Source: Candidatus Uhrbacteria bacterium (GTDB lineage Bacteria > Patescibacteriota > Patescibacteriia > UBA9934). From it: 64,000 nt of DNA. Below, in pieces: positions 1-8,854 of the stretch (positions within the stretch are counted from its first letter, which is position 1; each line of letters begins with the position of its first letter). The stretch lies in assembly GCA_943354605.1 (NCBI GenBank), contig CALRCK010000003.1:14902-78901 (forward strand). The letters run 5' to 3'. Both the position numbers and the translations under genes were made by a program. The notes beneath the pieces were generated by a model, which was given only the letters and a program-made list of their open reading frames with translations, did not search any database and was not told the origin of the DNA.

Positions 1-66
1 CGAGAGACCCTTCACTTCGTTCAGGGTGACGTATCCCGAGATTCAAGCGTCAATATCGTACCACGC

Positions 67-396
67 TCACGGCTTCATCTCATCTGCCGTATCGAGAATC
101 ATCCGTTTTGTGAATCCTCCACGTTTTTCGGCGCGCTCCTGTTTTGCCTTGAGAACATCATCGAATGTGAGCCCCTTCGCCTGCGCCATCGCATCGATAA
201 CTTCGAGGACATCCGAAAACTCAGTAAGCGACGGATTCGCGAGCGTCTCCGCAACCTCTTCCGATAGCTTTTCCCGAAGCAACCGATCGTATTCCTCCTG
301 GTCAGCAATATGCCACGTGGCCGCTTCGCCACGACCGATAATGATCTCAGGCACCCGATCTCGGACAAGCTTTCCAAACAACAATGTTTTCGTCAT
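67..396 (-). CDS. MazG-like nucleotide pyrophosphohydrolase (house-cleaning NTP pyrophosphatase family)
   Basis: 109-aa ORF; N-terminal KLVRDRVPEII motif and EEYDRLLREKLSEEVAE helix are typical of the MazG/YpjD all-alpha NTP pyrophosphatase fold. Overlapping plus-strand ORF 26..409 is antisense junk. Confidence 0.5.
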   Translation of the reverse strand: MTKTLLFGKLVRDRVPEIIIGRGEAATWHIADQEEYDRLLREKLSEEVAETLANPSLTEFSDVLEVIDAMAQAKGLTFDDVLKAKQERAEKRGGFTKRMILDTADEMKP

Positions 397-623
397 AAAC
401 TTTCGATGATACGAAATCGTGGGATCGATTCTCCGTTCACCTCAACTCGCTCCTCGAACATCGCACGCGGACGAATCCACAAACTCGGTTCACCGTCGAG
501 ATGCTTATAAACGACGAATTCTTCCATTGACTCAGAGTGCTTCGCGACTCCAATAACCTCATATTTCCCGCCCTTGAAATGCTCGTAAATTCCTGGGGCA
601 ATCATATGCCGCCATCCTACCAA
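393..623 (-). CDS. DUF1653 domain protein
   Basis: 76-aa ORF with GIYEHFKGGKYEVIGVAKHSE...LWIRPRAMF, matching the DUF1653 (YRHYKGG..Y.V...A.H.ET) signature. Confidence 0.55.
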   Translation of the reverse strand: MVGWRHMIAPGIYEHFKGGKYEVIGVAKHSESMEEFVVYKHLDGEPSLWIRPRAMFEERVEVNGESIPRFRIIESL

Positions 624-656
624 AAGACTGCCCGGTTGGCAGTCTTTTATCCTCAG

Positions 657-1103
657 CTATTTCTCAACATTGATCGTAATATCTCGCGTCATTGGCTGAA
701 CTACCTTCATGCTGGCGACGATGTGGTCCCAGTATGGAGATTCGAGATTTTCCCAACGATGCACATTGACGGTGATACCATCGGACGAGAAATTCATTTC
801 TGGCGTTGACTGAGGATTCTCGGCGGTTGGGCAAATGAGATACGCGTTCCCCGCACCAGGATCGAGCGTACACGCCGCTGGAATTTCGAAACTCACAATT
901 CCCCCAATCGTCACCGTTTGCCACGACTCCACACCCGGAGCTTCGGTACCAATCGGCAGCACCACGTCGTCGCTTACCCCAGCGAATCGCATGGACACTA
1001 CGGTAATCACCACCGCAACCGCCATCGTCAGCACCCCGTACACGAATCCCTTCCACACTGGAGAAAGCTTGTTCATATAAGACAGCGTAGCACGATTATT
1101 CAA
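657..1103 (-). CDS. hypothetical membrane-anchored/secreted protein
   Basis: 148-aa ORF with one N-terminal hydrophobic helix (VYGVLTMAVAVVITVV); no recognisable domain. Confidence 0.4.
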   Translation of the reverse strand: MNNRATLSYMNKLSPVWKGFVYGVLTMAVAVVITVVSMRFAGVSDDVVLPIGTEAPGVESWQTVTIGGIVSFEIPAACTLDPGAGNAYLICPTAENPQSTPEMNFSSDGITVNVHRWENLESPYWDHIVASMKVVQPMTRDITINVEK

Positions 1104-1533
1104 ACTTCCCCATTGATCGAATTTGGCTCACGCCTTCCAAAATTATCTCTTTCATGTTCGGAAGCAGTGGTAACGCATCAATCTCCTTGATCGCGATCCA
1201 TTCTGGAGTTCCCTCGGGGGATGCCTGAATTTCTCCCTCGTAATGTGAGCACATGAAAACTCGCACAGAGAATTCCTTCGCACCATCTTTTCGTTGAATC
1301 AGCGCGCGCCACTCTTTTGGCATCAACACCAAATCCGCAGCATCAACAACCAATCCCGTCTCTTCACGCAACTCCCGAATCGCAGCATCAACAAGCGTCT
1401 CCCCCTCGTCCAGCCTGCCCGCAGGAATACCATACGCCCCATTCATATGCCCCGCAGCCTCCCCATGCCGGACAAGCAGGACATTTCCATTCCGAATAAT
1501 CAGAACACCGACTGACGGAATTACATTCGTCAT
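1096..1533 (-). CDS. NUDIX hydrolase
   Basis: NUDIX box GRLDEGETLVDAAIRELREETGL. Start moved to internal Met (MTNVIPSVG) at 1533 because upstream part of ORF 1096..1662 is low-complexity. Confidence 0.7.
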   Translation of the reverse strand: MTNVIPSVGVLIIRNGNVLLVRHGEAAGHMNGAYGIPAGRLDEGETLVDAAIRELREETGLVVDAADLVLMPKEWRALIQRKDGAKEFSVRVFMCSHYEGEIQASPEGTPEWIAIKEIDALPLLPNMKEIILEGVSQIRSMGKFE

Positions 1534-1534
1534 A

Positions 1535-1891
1535 TTATTTGAGTACTCTCCACGCTCCATATTTTCCCGCAGCCCAGGCCCAACCACGTTCGCCGTATTC
1601 CGCCGGAGTAATGAATAAAAGGTCTTGCAATATTCCGATAAGGACACCGAGAAATAACGCACAGATCGCTACCGCGATAGGAATGTACCAATCTGACTTC
1701 TTCCGCCAAAGCACAAATACTGCAATGACCGATAGGAAGATTACTCCAAACCAAATGAGTGATGCGGCGAAAGCTATACTAAAAATACCTCCCTGCGTTG
1801 TTGCGCCGGTTGCGCCGTCAAAGATGATGTACGCCCACAGACCGAGAAGAAAATATCCCGCGCACAGTAGGATTTGGGATATTTTCTTCAT
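1535..1891 (-). CDS. small integral membrane protein (3 predicted TM helices)
   Basis: ORF 1535..2065 trimmed to Met (MKKISQILL...) at 1891, 8 nt downstream of secA stop; three hydrophobic helices. Confidence 0.45.
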   Translation of the reverse strand: MKKISQILLCAGYFLLGLWAYIIFDGATGATTQGGIFSIAFAASLIWFGVIFLSVIAVFVLWRKKSDWYIPIAVAICALFLGVLIGILQDLLFITPAEYGERGWAWAAGKYGAWRVLK

Positions 1892-1898
1892 ACGGAAT

Positions 1899-4733
1899 TT
1901 ATTTCCCATGACACTTCTTGAACTTCTTTCCACTTCCACAATGACATGGCTCGTTTGGACGAGGGTCCTTTGATGTGACGCTCTGGATCCCCGCCTGCGC
2001 GGGGATGACGGAGTCTGAAGGAATAGTGGCAGGATTCGATTCCTTCTTTTCTGCAGGCACATCAATCACTGTTGTTCCGCCGGAGGATTGTTGGGAGAGG
2101 AATTGAACGGCGTTGCGCATGAGCTGAGGAGCAGCTTCGAAGACGGCTTTTGCAGCGAGCTGTTGATCAATAATCTTGAAGAGGTTGTACGCCACTTCGC
2201 GGCCGAGTTCGGAGCGCATCGTGTTGTAGAGGCGGTAAGACTCGCGTTTGTATTCCACCAGCGGATCACGTTGAGCGTAGCCTTGAAGGCCGATAGTGCG
2301 GCGCAGGTACGTCATGTCATCAAGATGCTGCATCCAAAGTGTGTCGTTGGCGCGCAGCAAAATATTGCGTTCAAGCGCCATGAGATGTTTTGCATCGCCG
2401 AATTTTTCTACGGCACCGTCGTATGCGCGGCGAATCGCGCCGTTCACAATTTCAATGACGTGGCTACGCTGATGTGCGAGCTTTTCTTTATCAATGGAAA
2501 GCACCGAAAGCTCTTCACGAATCGCGGAAGACTCTGCGTCTTCGAGCTTCACGATTGCGCTCAAGCTCTCCACAATTTCCTGCGGATCCCAATCCGGCTT
2601 GCCCGTCGCCTCATCCTCAACGAAATCTTTTGGCACGTCGGCCTCTGCTTTGCTCGTATGGAAAAACACCACACGCTCAATTTCCTTTTCAATAATGGAA
2701 TGGACGAGCTCATGCGCCTTTGCTTCGCTCTTCATCACTTCTTTACGCTCGTTGTACACGGCGGTGCGATGCTTGTTCAGCACGTCGTCGTATTCCAACA
2801 CGTGCTTGCGGGTATCAAAGTGATGTCCTTCCACGCGTTGCTGAGACTTTTCGAGCGCACGCGTCACCATCTTGCTTTCGATTGGCGTGGAGTCGTCAAT
2901 GCCAAGTTTGTCCATCATCCCCTTCACGCGATCACTCCCGAAGATACGCATCAAATCGTCGTCGAGTGACACAAAGAATTGCGTGCTGCCCGGATCACCC
3001 TGACGGCCAGCGCGTCCGCGAAGCTGATTGTCGATGCGGCGCGATTCGTGGCGCTCGGTGCCGATCACGTGCAACCCGCCAAGTTTCTTCACATCCTCTG
3101 CCATTGCCGCATCCACCGGGTTTCCACCAAGCAAAATGTCCACGCCACGACCAGCCATGTTCGTTGCGAGAGTGACGGCACCCTTCCGACCAGCCTGCGC
3201 GATAATTTCACCTTCACGCTCGTGATTCTTTGCGTTCAACGTGTTGTGAACAATTCCCGCAGCAGTTAAAAACTTCGAAAGCGCCTCATTCTTCTCAATG
3301 GAAACGGTTCCGATGAGAACTGGTTGTCCGATTTCATTTAGGCGCTTCACCTCCTCAACCACCGCCATCCACTTCCCCATTTCATTTTTGTAAATACGGT
3401 CCGGCAAATCTTTACGTTTTGCTTCGTGGTTCGTTGGAATGGTGACGACGTCGAGCTTGTAAATCTTCGAAAACTCCTCCGCCTCTGTGGAAGCCGTTCC
3501 GGTCATGCCGGAAAGCTTTTCGTACATGCGGAAATAGTTTTGGAACGTAATCGTTGCGAGCGTCTTACTTTCACGCTGAATTTTCACGCCTTCTTTTGCT
3601 TCGATTGCTTGATGCAGACCTTCCGAATACCGGCGACCCTCCATGATGCGGCCAGTGAATTCGTCGACGATCACCACGTCGCCGCCACGAACCACGTAAT
3701 CGCGATCAATCTTAAACAACGAATGCGCCTTCAACGCTTGTTCCGCATGATGCACCATGGCAAGGCCTTCCTCGTACAAATTTTTCACGTTCAGCAAACG
3801 CTCCAACTTCTGCAAACCATTTTCGGTAAACGTGGAGACGCGCATCTTTTCGTCAATGTTGAAATCTTCACCCTCAACACAATGTTTGATGACGTCGGCG
3901 AAACGATAATACAAGTCTGCCGATTCCTGTGCCGCAGCAGAAATAATCAGCGGCGTGCGGGCTTCGTCGATGAGAATGGAGTCCACCTCGTCAACAATCG
4001 CGTAGTGTAATCCGCGTTGCACCACATCCTCAGCACGGCTCGCCATGTTGTCGCGCAAGTAATCAAAACCAAACTCGTTGTTTGTTCCATATGTAATGTC
4101 TGCAGCGTACGCTTCCGATCGCGACACTGGACGAAGCGAATCCGATGCAACGTGGAATCCCGCAACCGTCTCAGCACCTTCTGCTGGAGCTTCGACCTTA
4201 AAGTCTGCGTCGTACACGTAGCCACTTTCGTGCTGAATGCATCCAACGGTTAACCCAAGCGATGCAAACACGCGGCCCATCCATACAGAGTCGCGCTTTG
4301 CCAAGTAGTCGTTCACTGTTACCAAGTGCACGCCCTTTCCGGTGAGCGCGTTCAAATACGTTGGCGCGGTTGCGGTGAGTGTCTTTCCTTCACCCGTGCG
4401 CATTTCTGCGATCGAACCGCGATGCAACGTGAGTCCGCCCATCATCTGTACATCAAAATGACGCTGCCCCAGCACACGCTTGCTCGCTTCACGAACAACA
4501 GCAAACGCCTCATGCGCCATGGAATCGAGCGATTCACCGTTTGCGAGCCGCTCGCGGAACGCTTGTGTTTTCGCCTGTAACTCGTCGGCAGAAAGCGTTT
4601 TGAGGCCATCTTCAAAGGCGGCGATTTTCTCTGCATCTTTCCTGAGATTCTTCACTATTTTTGCGTTAGGATCACCGAAAATCGTGGAAAGGGAGAAGGC
4701 CATAGATGGCCAAATTATGCCTGATCTTCGCAA
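1899..4733 (-). CDS. secA: preprotein translocase ATPase SecA
   Basis: 944 aa. DEAD-like motor motifs (GEGKT, DEVDSILIDEARTPLIIS), SecA preprotein cross-linking and wing/scaffold regions, C-terminal zinc finger CHCGSGKKFKKCHGK. Contains an in-frame palindromic repeat insertion at 1983..2009. Confidence 0.97.
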   Translation of the reverse strand: MRRSGIIWPSMAFSLSTIFGDPNAKIVKNLRKDAEKIAAFEDGLKTLSADELQAKTQAFRERLANGESLDSMAHEAFAVVREASKRVLGQRHFDVQMMGGLTLHRGSIAEMRTGEGKTLTATAPTYLNALTGKGVHLVTVNDYLAKRDSVWMGRVFASLGLTVGCIQHESGYVYDADFKVEAPAEGAETVAGFHVASDSLRPVSRSEAYAADITYGTNNEFGFDYLRDNMASRAEDVVQRGLHYAIVDEVDSILIDEARTPLIISAAAQESADLYYRFADVIKHCVEGEDFNIDEKMRVSTFTENGLQKLERLLNVKNLYEEGLAMVHHAEQALKAHSLFKIDRDYVVRGGDVVIVDEFTGRIMEGRRYSEGLHQAIEAKEGVKIQRESKTLATITFQNYFRMYEKLSGMTGTASTEAEEFSKIYKLDVVTIPTNHEAKRKDLPDRIYKNEMGKWMAVVEEVKRLNEIGQPVLIGTVSIEKNEALSKFLTAAGIVHNTLNAKNHEREGEIIAQAGRKGAVTLATNMAGRGVDILLGGNPVDAAMAEDVKKLGGLHVIGTERHESRRIDNQLRGRAGRQGDPGSTQFFVSLDDDLMRIFGSDRVKGMMDKLGIDDSTPIESKMVTRALEKSQQRVEGHHFDTRKHVLEYDDVLNKHRTAVYNERKEVMKSEAKAHELVHSIIEKEIERVVFFHTSKAEADVPKDFVEDEATGKPDWDPQEIVESLSAIVKLEDAESSAIREELSVLSIDKEKLAHQRSHVIEIVNGAIRRAYDGAVEKFGDAKHLMALERNILLRANDTLWMQHLDDMTYLRRTIGLQGYAQRDPLVEYKRESYRLYNTMRSELGREVAYNLFKIIDQQLAAKAVFEAAPQLMRNAVQFLSQQSSGGTTVIDVPAEKKESNPATIPSDSVIPAQAGIQSVTSKDPRPNEPCHCGSGKKFKKCHGK
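1983..2009. repeat. family-1 palindromic element (GGATCCCCGCCTGCGCGGGGATGAC) inserted in frame in secA (encodes VIPAQAGIQ)
   Basis: 8-bp stem ATCCCCGC/GCGGGGAT around a 4-nt centre; same element at 17447, 43260, 56382, 56422, 62755. Confidence 0.8.
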
Positions 4734-4750
4734 TTTTCACAAGGAAACAA

Positions 4751-4769
4751 TGTTGACGAAAAGTCAAAA
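4751..4769 (+). promoter_or_regulatory. palindromic operator/promoter motif TGTTGACGAAAAGTCAAAA (copy 1)
   Basis: TTGAC-N5-GTCAA perfect inverted repeat containing a -35-like TTGACG; identical 19-mer recurs at 5324..5342 upstream of the next gene. Confidence 0.4.
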
Positions 4770-4771
4770 CT

Positions 4772-5197
4772 TTGCTAACCTTAGCGCGCCATTCAATGGG
4801 GGCACTCTTGGACACTCTTCTCGAAATGCTTCGTCGTCTCTTCCTCGGCTGTGACATTGAAGTCAGTCAATACGATGGAAAATCTCCGGTCCCGATCGTC
4901 ACGGGCAAGGGGCCCATCGAGGAGATCGGCCCCGGACCCAACCAAACCATCGTCGTGACGACGAAGTGGTTCGGGGAAATGAATCTCAAACAGGGCTCAC
5001 GGGAATACGTGGCTCGCGAGCCCGTGCCGATCGTGATCAAGATGGTGGAGAACATTCAGCCTGACGGCAGCGGAAGATTGATTATTCGCGGCACCGTCAA
5101 TGGAGGAGTGGTCATCATCGTCTTCTTCTCGAAGGCACGGGGGAACATGGATCCTGCAAAGGTCCGTGGAATCGACCCGAAGTTCCTCCGGCACTGA
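4772..5197 (+). CDS. hypothetical protein (cassette 1 of a twin-cassette pair)
   Basis: 141-aa ORF starting at TTG 4772; an in-frame ATG at 4796 (MGALLDTLL...) is an alternative start. No recognisable domain. Followed by hairpin terminator. Confidence 0.35.
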   Translation: MLTLARHSMGALLDTLLEMLRRLFLGCDIEVSQYDGKSPVPIVTGKGPIEEIGPGPNQTIVVTTKWFGEMNLKQGSREYVAREPVPIVIKMVENIQPDGSGRLIIRGTVNGGVVIIVFFSKARGNMDPAKVRGIDPKFLRH

Positions 5198-5225
5198 AAG
5201 TTCCTCTGGCACCGATCACGAACGC

Positions 5226-5270
5226 ACGCCGCCTCCCCGGAAGGGTGAAGGCGGCGTTGCTTATTTATTT
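5226..5270 (+). terminator. rho-independent terminator (copy 1 of a 39-bp duplicated sequence)
   Basis: ACGCCGCCT CCCCGGAAGGG TGAAGGCGGCGT stem-loop (9-bp outer stem plus inner CCC/GGG around GGAA loop) followed by TTGCTTATTTATTT. Identical 39 bp (5219..5257) recur at 5933..5971. Confidence 0.55.
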
Positions 5271-5323
5271 CACAAAATTCCGAACAACTATATCAATGAC
5301 GTCATATTCTTCTTAAGTAAAAC

Positions 5324-5342
5324 TGTTGACGAAAAGTCAAAA
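5324..5342 (+). promoter_or_regulatory. palindromic operator/promoter motif TGTTGACGAAAAGTCAAAA (copy 2)
   Basis: Exact repeat of 4751..4769; candidate -10 CAATAT 17 bp downstream of TTGACG; GGAGG RBS at 5366 precedes GTG start at 5376. Confidence 0.4.
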
Positions 5343-5375
5343 ATTGAGCAATATTTGTGCGCCACGGAGGGCACA

Positions 5376-5930
5376 GTGTCTACGATTTTTCCAGTCATGC
5401 TCATCGGCCTCAGCATCGTTGCCGTTGGGGAATTCCTGCTTCTCGTCGTCATCAGCGGGCACAAATACCGCGTGGAAAAGGATCGCCTCGCGTTCCTCAG
5501 CAAACTCGTGGCCGTGGTGAACAGTCATCGCGGCATGCGTAACAGCTATGCCGCAGGAGCACGACATACCTTACTGCTGTACATCCGATCACTGTACGGA
5601 ATCGAAAAAGCCGAAGCGCTGAGCGCATACATCAGTTGTATTGCGGCGGGGCACGCGTTCCCATCGGACCTCCCCTTCCTCGAGGACGAGAAGGCCGTCC
5701 GGAGCGTGATCCTCAAGCGCAGCGACGCACTCTGGAAAACGATTGCTGAAACAAGCAGTGTCAGTCAGACGTCGGCAGCGACGGCGGAAATGCTCGCATT
5801 CGCCGTTGGCATCATGCCGCCTTCCGACTTTGGCCGTCGCGAGCTGACCGCACAAGAACACAGCGCACTCTGCAGCCACTTCGGACCGCGCTCCGGCGGA
5901 CCACGCGTGCCACACCCCAACGCCAACTGA
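5376..5930 (+). CDS. hypothetical membrane-anchored protein (cassette 2)
   Basis: Track ORF 5100..5930 reads through the upstream terminator hairpin. Start reassigned to GTG 5376, 5 nt after GGAGG; alternative ATG at 5397. One N-terminal TM helix (MLIGLSIVAVGEFLLLVVI) then a soluble domain with no recognisable family. Confidence 0.4.
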   Translation: MSTIFPVMLIGLSIVAVGEFLLLVVISGHKYRVEKDRLAFLSKLVAVVNSHRGMRNSYAAGARHTLLLYIRSLYGIEKAEALSAYISCIAAGHAFPSDLPFLEDEKAVRSVILKRSDALWKTIAETSSVSQTSAATAEMLAFAVGIMPPSDFGRRELTAQEHSALCSHFGPRSGGPRVPHPNAN

Positions 5931-5939
5931 CGCGAACGC

Positions 5940-5980
5940 ACGCCGCCTCCCCGGAAGGGTGAAGGCGGCGTGGTGCATTT
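5940..5980. terminator. hairpin terminator (copy 2 of the 39-bp duplicated sequence), probably bidirectional
   Basis: Same GC-rich stem-loop as 5226..5257, positioned between the convergent cassette-2 gene (+) and murC (-). Confidence 0.5.
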
Positions 5981-7401
5981 TACCGGACCAAATTTCTCGC
6001 CACTGTATCAACATCTCCAGCGCCCATCACAATCACCACGTCATTTGGTTGAATCATTTCTCGGAGTTTTGCCTCGGCATCGATTACATCCTTCACGTAA
6101 AAACCTTCTTTCGGTGGATGTGCTGATTTCAGCACTGCATCAAGCAACGTTTTACTGGACACCGATTCGTCTCGCTCTTCTGTACGGCCGAGCACACCGT
6201 AAATTTCGGAAAGGATCAAAACGTCTGCGTCACCAAAGGATCCTGCAAAATCGGCAAAGAGTTCTTTGGTGCGATTATGCTGATGCGGTTCGAAAAGCAA
6301 CACGATTCGGTTCGCCGGAAAAAATTCTCGAGCACCGTCAAGCGTTCCTTTGATCGCGGACGGATGATGGCCGTAGTCCGAAATAATCTGCGCGCCGTTG
6401 AACGATCCAACGCGTTCAAATCGGCGCCAGATTCCAGAGAACGACTCCAGCGACTTCACAATACCCTCGAGCGCAATTCCATAATGCAATCCGATTTCCA
6501 TCGCGCCAAGCGCATTCATCATGTTGAATTCACCAGGAATATGTATCGCGAGTTCGCCGAGAACTTTTTCTGTGCTAAAAATCTTTCTCGTTCTTGCGGT
6601 CAGCGTGAGCGACTGTGTTCCATCATGAAACGTGCGCAAACGCTTTTTCAGTGGACCAATGTGAAAGAATGCAGGCGTGCCAAGCTCCATGCCGAAAAAT
6701 CGCAGCGATGCGGTTCCTTCTCCGCAATAGATGTGGCGATCTTGCTCGAACCAATTCTGAAATACCGTCTTCGACGTTTGTTCGCCAAGGCGATGAAACG
6801 CCGCTTCAACGTCCGCAAGATCTTTATAAATATCCGTATGGTCAAGCTCGATATTTGTGATCAGCGTCGTCTCTGGGTGAAGCTTCAACATCTTTCGCTT
6901 ATACTCATCACCTTCGATGATCAAGATATCACTCGCGCCGACCGCGACATTCCCATACTTCCATCCTGGCACGATCGATCCAACGAACACCGTTGGGTCA
7001 AGCCCGGCGTCGATGAAAATCTTTCCCGTCATCGCTGTTGTCGTCGATTTCCCGTTCGTTCCGGTGATACAGATTGTGCGGTAGTCTTTTGAGAGTTCAC
7101 CAAGAAAATCGAAATGTCCCATCTGCGGAATATTCCTCGCCTTTGCCGCCGCACGCTCCACATTCTCTTCCGTTGCCGCTTCGGTGTATACGATCAAATC
7201 GGTATTTGGTGGAATGTTCGCTGCGTCGTGCCCGATTGATACAGAAATTCCAAGATGAACGAGTCCATCGGTAGTCATCGACTGTTTTGCATCGCTTCCC
7301 GAAACCGAAATACCTTTTGCCAACAAAAACTTCATCACGCCACTGATGCCAATCCCTCCTGCGCCAATACAGTGGACGTGACAATACGAATCGAGCTGCA
7401 T
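5980..7401 (-). CDS. murC: UDP-N-acetylmuramate--L-alanine ligase
   Basis: 473 aa; N-terminal HVHCIGAGGIGISGV Rossmann motif, Mur ligase P-loop ITGTNGKSTTTAM, DHTDIY motif, C-terminal Mur ligase domain. Confidence 0.9.
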   Translation of the reverse strand: MQLDSYCHVHCIGAGGIGISGVMKFLLAKGISVSGSDAKQSMTTDGLVHLGISVSIGHDAANIPPNTDLIVYTEAATEENVERAAAKARNIPQMGHFDFLGELSKDYRTICITGTNGKSTTTAMTGKIFIDAGLDPTVFVGSIVPGWKYGNVAVGASDILIIEGDEYKRKMLKLHPETTLITNIELDHTDIYKDLADVEAAFHRLGEQTSKTVFQNWFEQDRHIYCGEGTASLRFFGMELGTPAFFHIGPLKKRLRTFHDGTQSLTLTARTRKIFSTEKVLGELAIHIPGEFNMMNALGAMEIGLHYGIALEGIVKSLESFSGIWRRFERVGSFNGAQIISDYGHHPSAIKGTLDGAREFFPANRIVLLFEPHQHNRTKELFADFAGSFGDADVLILSEIYGVLGRTEERDESVSSKTLLDAVLKSAHPPKEGFYVKDVIDAEAKLREMIQPNDVVIVMGAGDVDTVARNLVR

Positions 7402-7403
7402 AC

Positions 7404-7811
7404 CTATGCTTCAATTTCATCTTCAACCGCAAGGCCGTCCTCGTCTCCGTCTTCCTCTTCCTCACTTGTGAATACATCGTCGCTCGTTCCTTCAATGCGT
7501 GCATCCATCATCTTTTCCTTCTTATCAATAAGCTGACGTTTCACGTCGTCTTTCGCCTCATCAATCGCTGCATACAAATCGTCGCGCTCCGAATGCGCAC
7601 GAACAACGTCGCCAAGCACCGCCACGTTGATCTCCGCAAAAAAGACATCGCCTTTATTGTGATGCTCGCTTGTTTTTCCTACTTCGATGGCGACGTCGCA
7701 TGGCTCAAAACGTTTTGCAAAACGAGAGACGCTCTCAACCTTTTCTGTGACATAGTTCCGAAGAGCATCCGTAAGATCGATGTTCGTTGCTTGGATTTCG
7801 GTGATACGCAT
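7404..7811 (-). CDS. hpf: ribosome hibernation promoting factor (HPF/RaiA/YfiA family)
   Basis: Start at MRITEIQATNIDLTDALRNYVTEKV (canonical HPF N-terminus); acidic C-terminal tail. Stop 3 nt from murC start. Confidence 0.85.
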   Translation of the reverse strand: MRITEIQATNIDLTDALRNYVTEKVESVSRFAKRFEPCDVAIEVGKTSEHHNKGDVFFAEINVAVLGDVVRAHSERDDLYAAIDEAKDDVKRQLIDKKEKMMDARIEGTSDDVFTSEEEEDGDEDGLAVEDEIEA

Positions 7812-7883
7812 AAAAAGGCATGATGAGTAAGAACACACTATAGTTATACCGCGTTTGGAAAAATGATCAACGACGTTATCCTC

Positions 7884-8852
7884 TTAGAATCCGACGTGCA
7901 TTACTTCTTCTTCTAAATTCACCCCAACTTCTGCAGCAACGTGCTTTTTCACGCGCGTGACGAGACGAAGAATATCCTCTGCGGTTGCGTGGCCTTTGTT
8001 GAGTAAAAAGTTTCCGTGTTGCAACGACACTTCCGCATCGCCGACGGCAGTTCCCTTCAATCCGAGCTTCTCAACAATCCATCCCGCAGGAATACGTTTG
8101 CGATCGATGAATTCCTGGGGAACATCGTACGCCTTCTGGAGCTGCGCGATTTGTGCGTGATCGGTCCACTCAAAGTTTTTAAACATGCATCCTGCGGACG
8201 ACGCGCCAAGCGGCTGCGTTGCCTTGCGGCCAGCAAGATTCTTCTCAATCTGCCCGAGCGCCACGCCGCGATCGCCGACCTCAAGCTTCAGCACAGCATC
8301 GAGCACCACGTCGTCGTTTCCTGGCTCTTTAAGCAAGCTGTGTCGATACGCAAAATGCAAATCGTCATTCGACAACACCAACACCGTTCCGCGACGAAGC
8401 ACGCGAACGGATTCAATAGACTCGCGCATTTCCCCACCAAAACATCCCGCGTTCCCCCGTACCGCGCCACCAATGGTTCCTGGAAGCGAAACGGCCCACT
8501 CGAATCCGCGCAGTCCAGCCTCCGCACTTGCCCGAGCCGCAGCAGAAGAAATCACGCCAGCTTCTGCAAACACACGATCGCCCTCAATACGCATCCCACG
8601 ATTCGCCGCTTTAATCACCAAACCCGGGAATCCATCGTCGGACACCAATGTGTTTGATCCACCACCGAGAATGAAATACTCCACCGCAAAATCTTGCGCC
8701 ATGTTTACGGCATCAATAAGATCTTGCGTGCTTCGTGCCTCCACAAACCACTTTGCTGGCCCACCGATGCGAATGTTCAAGTGTTTCCCCAACGGTTCGT
8801 GCTCTTTGAACTGTACCGCGAACCGTTCACGGAATTTATCGGCAAGGGTCAT
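7884..8852 (-). CDS. murB: UDP-N-acetylenolpyruvoylglucosamine reductase
   Basis: 322 aa; FAD-binding PCMH domain (IGGPAKWFVEA...ILGGGSN) and MurB C-terminal domain. Confidence 0.9.
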   Translation of the reverse strand: MTLADKFRERFAVQFKEHEPLGKHLNIRIGGPAKWFVEARSTQDLIDAVNMAQDFAVEYFILGGGSNTLVSDDGFPGLVIKAANRGMRIEGDRVFAEAGVISSAAARASAEAGLRGFEWAVSLPGTIGGAVRGNAGCFGGEMRESIESVRVLRRGTVLVLSNDDLHFAYRHSLLKEPGNDDVVLDAVLKLEVGDRGVALGQIEKNLAGRKATQPLGASSAGCMFKNFEWTDHAQIAQLQKAYDVPQEFIDRKRIPAGWIVEKLGLKGTAVGDAEVSLQHGNFLLNKGHATAEDILRLVTRVKKHVAAEVGVNLEEEVMHVGF

Positions 8853-8854
8853 AA

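Noticed and set aside
26-409. 127-aa plus-strand ORF at the window start
   Set aside because: It is fully antisense to the MazG-like gene (67..396) and is Ser/Arg-rich and low-complexity. It is an antisense artefact.
2088-4253. Several 60-290-aa plus-strand ORFs inside the secA region (e.g. 2088..2969, 2720..3175, 3426..4010)
   Set aside because: All are antisense to a strongly supported 944-aa SecA and have no recognisable motifs; they are shadow ORFs.
5100-5375. N-terminal 92 codons of track ORF 5100..5930
   Set aside because: This stretch reads through the cassette-1 terminator hairpin and the palindromic operator motif. A GGAGG RBS 5 nt before GTG 5376 gives a better start, so the upstream extension is rejected.
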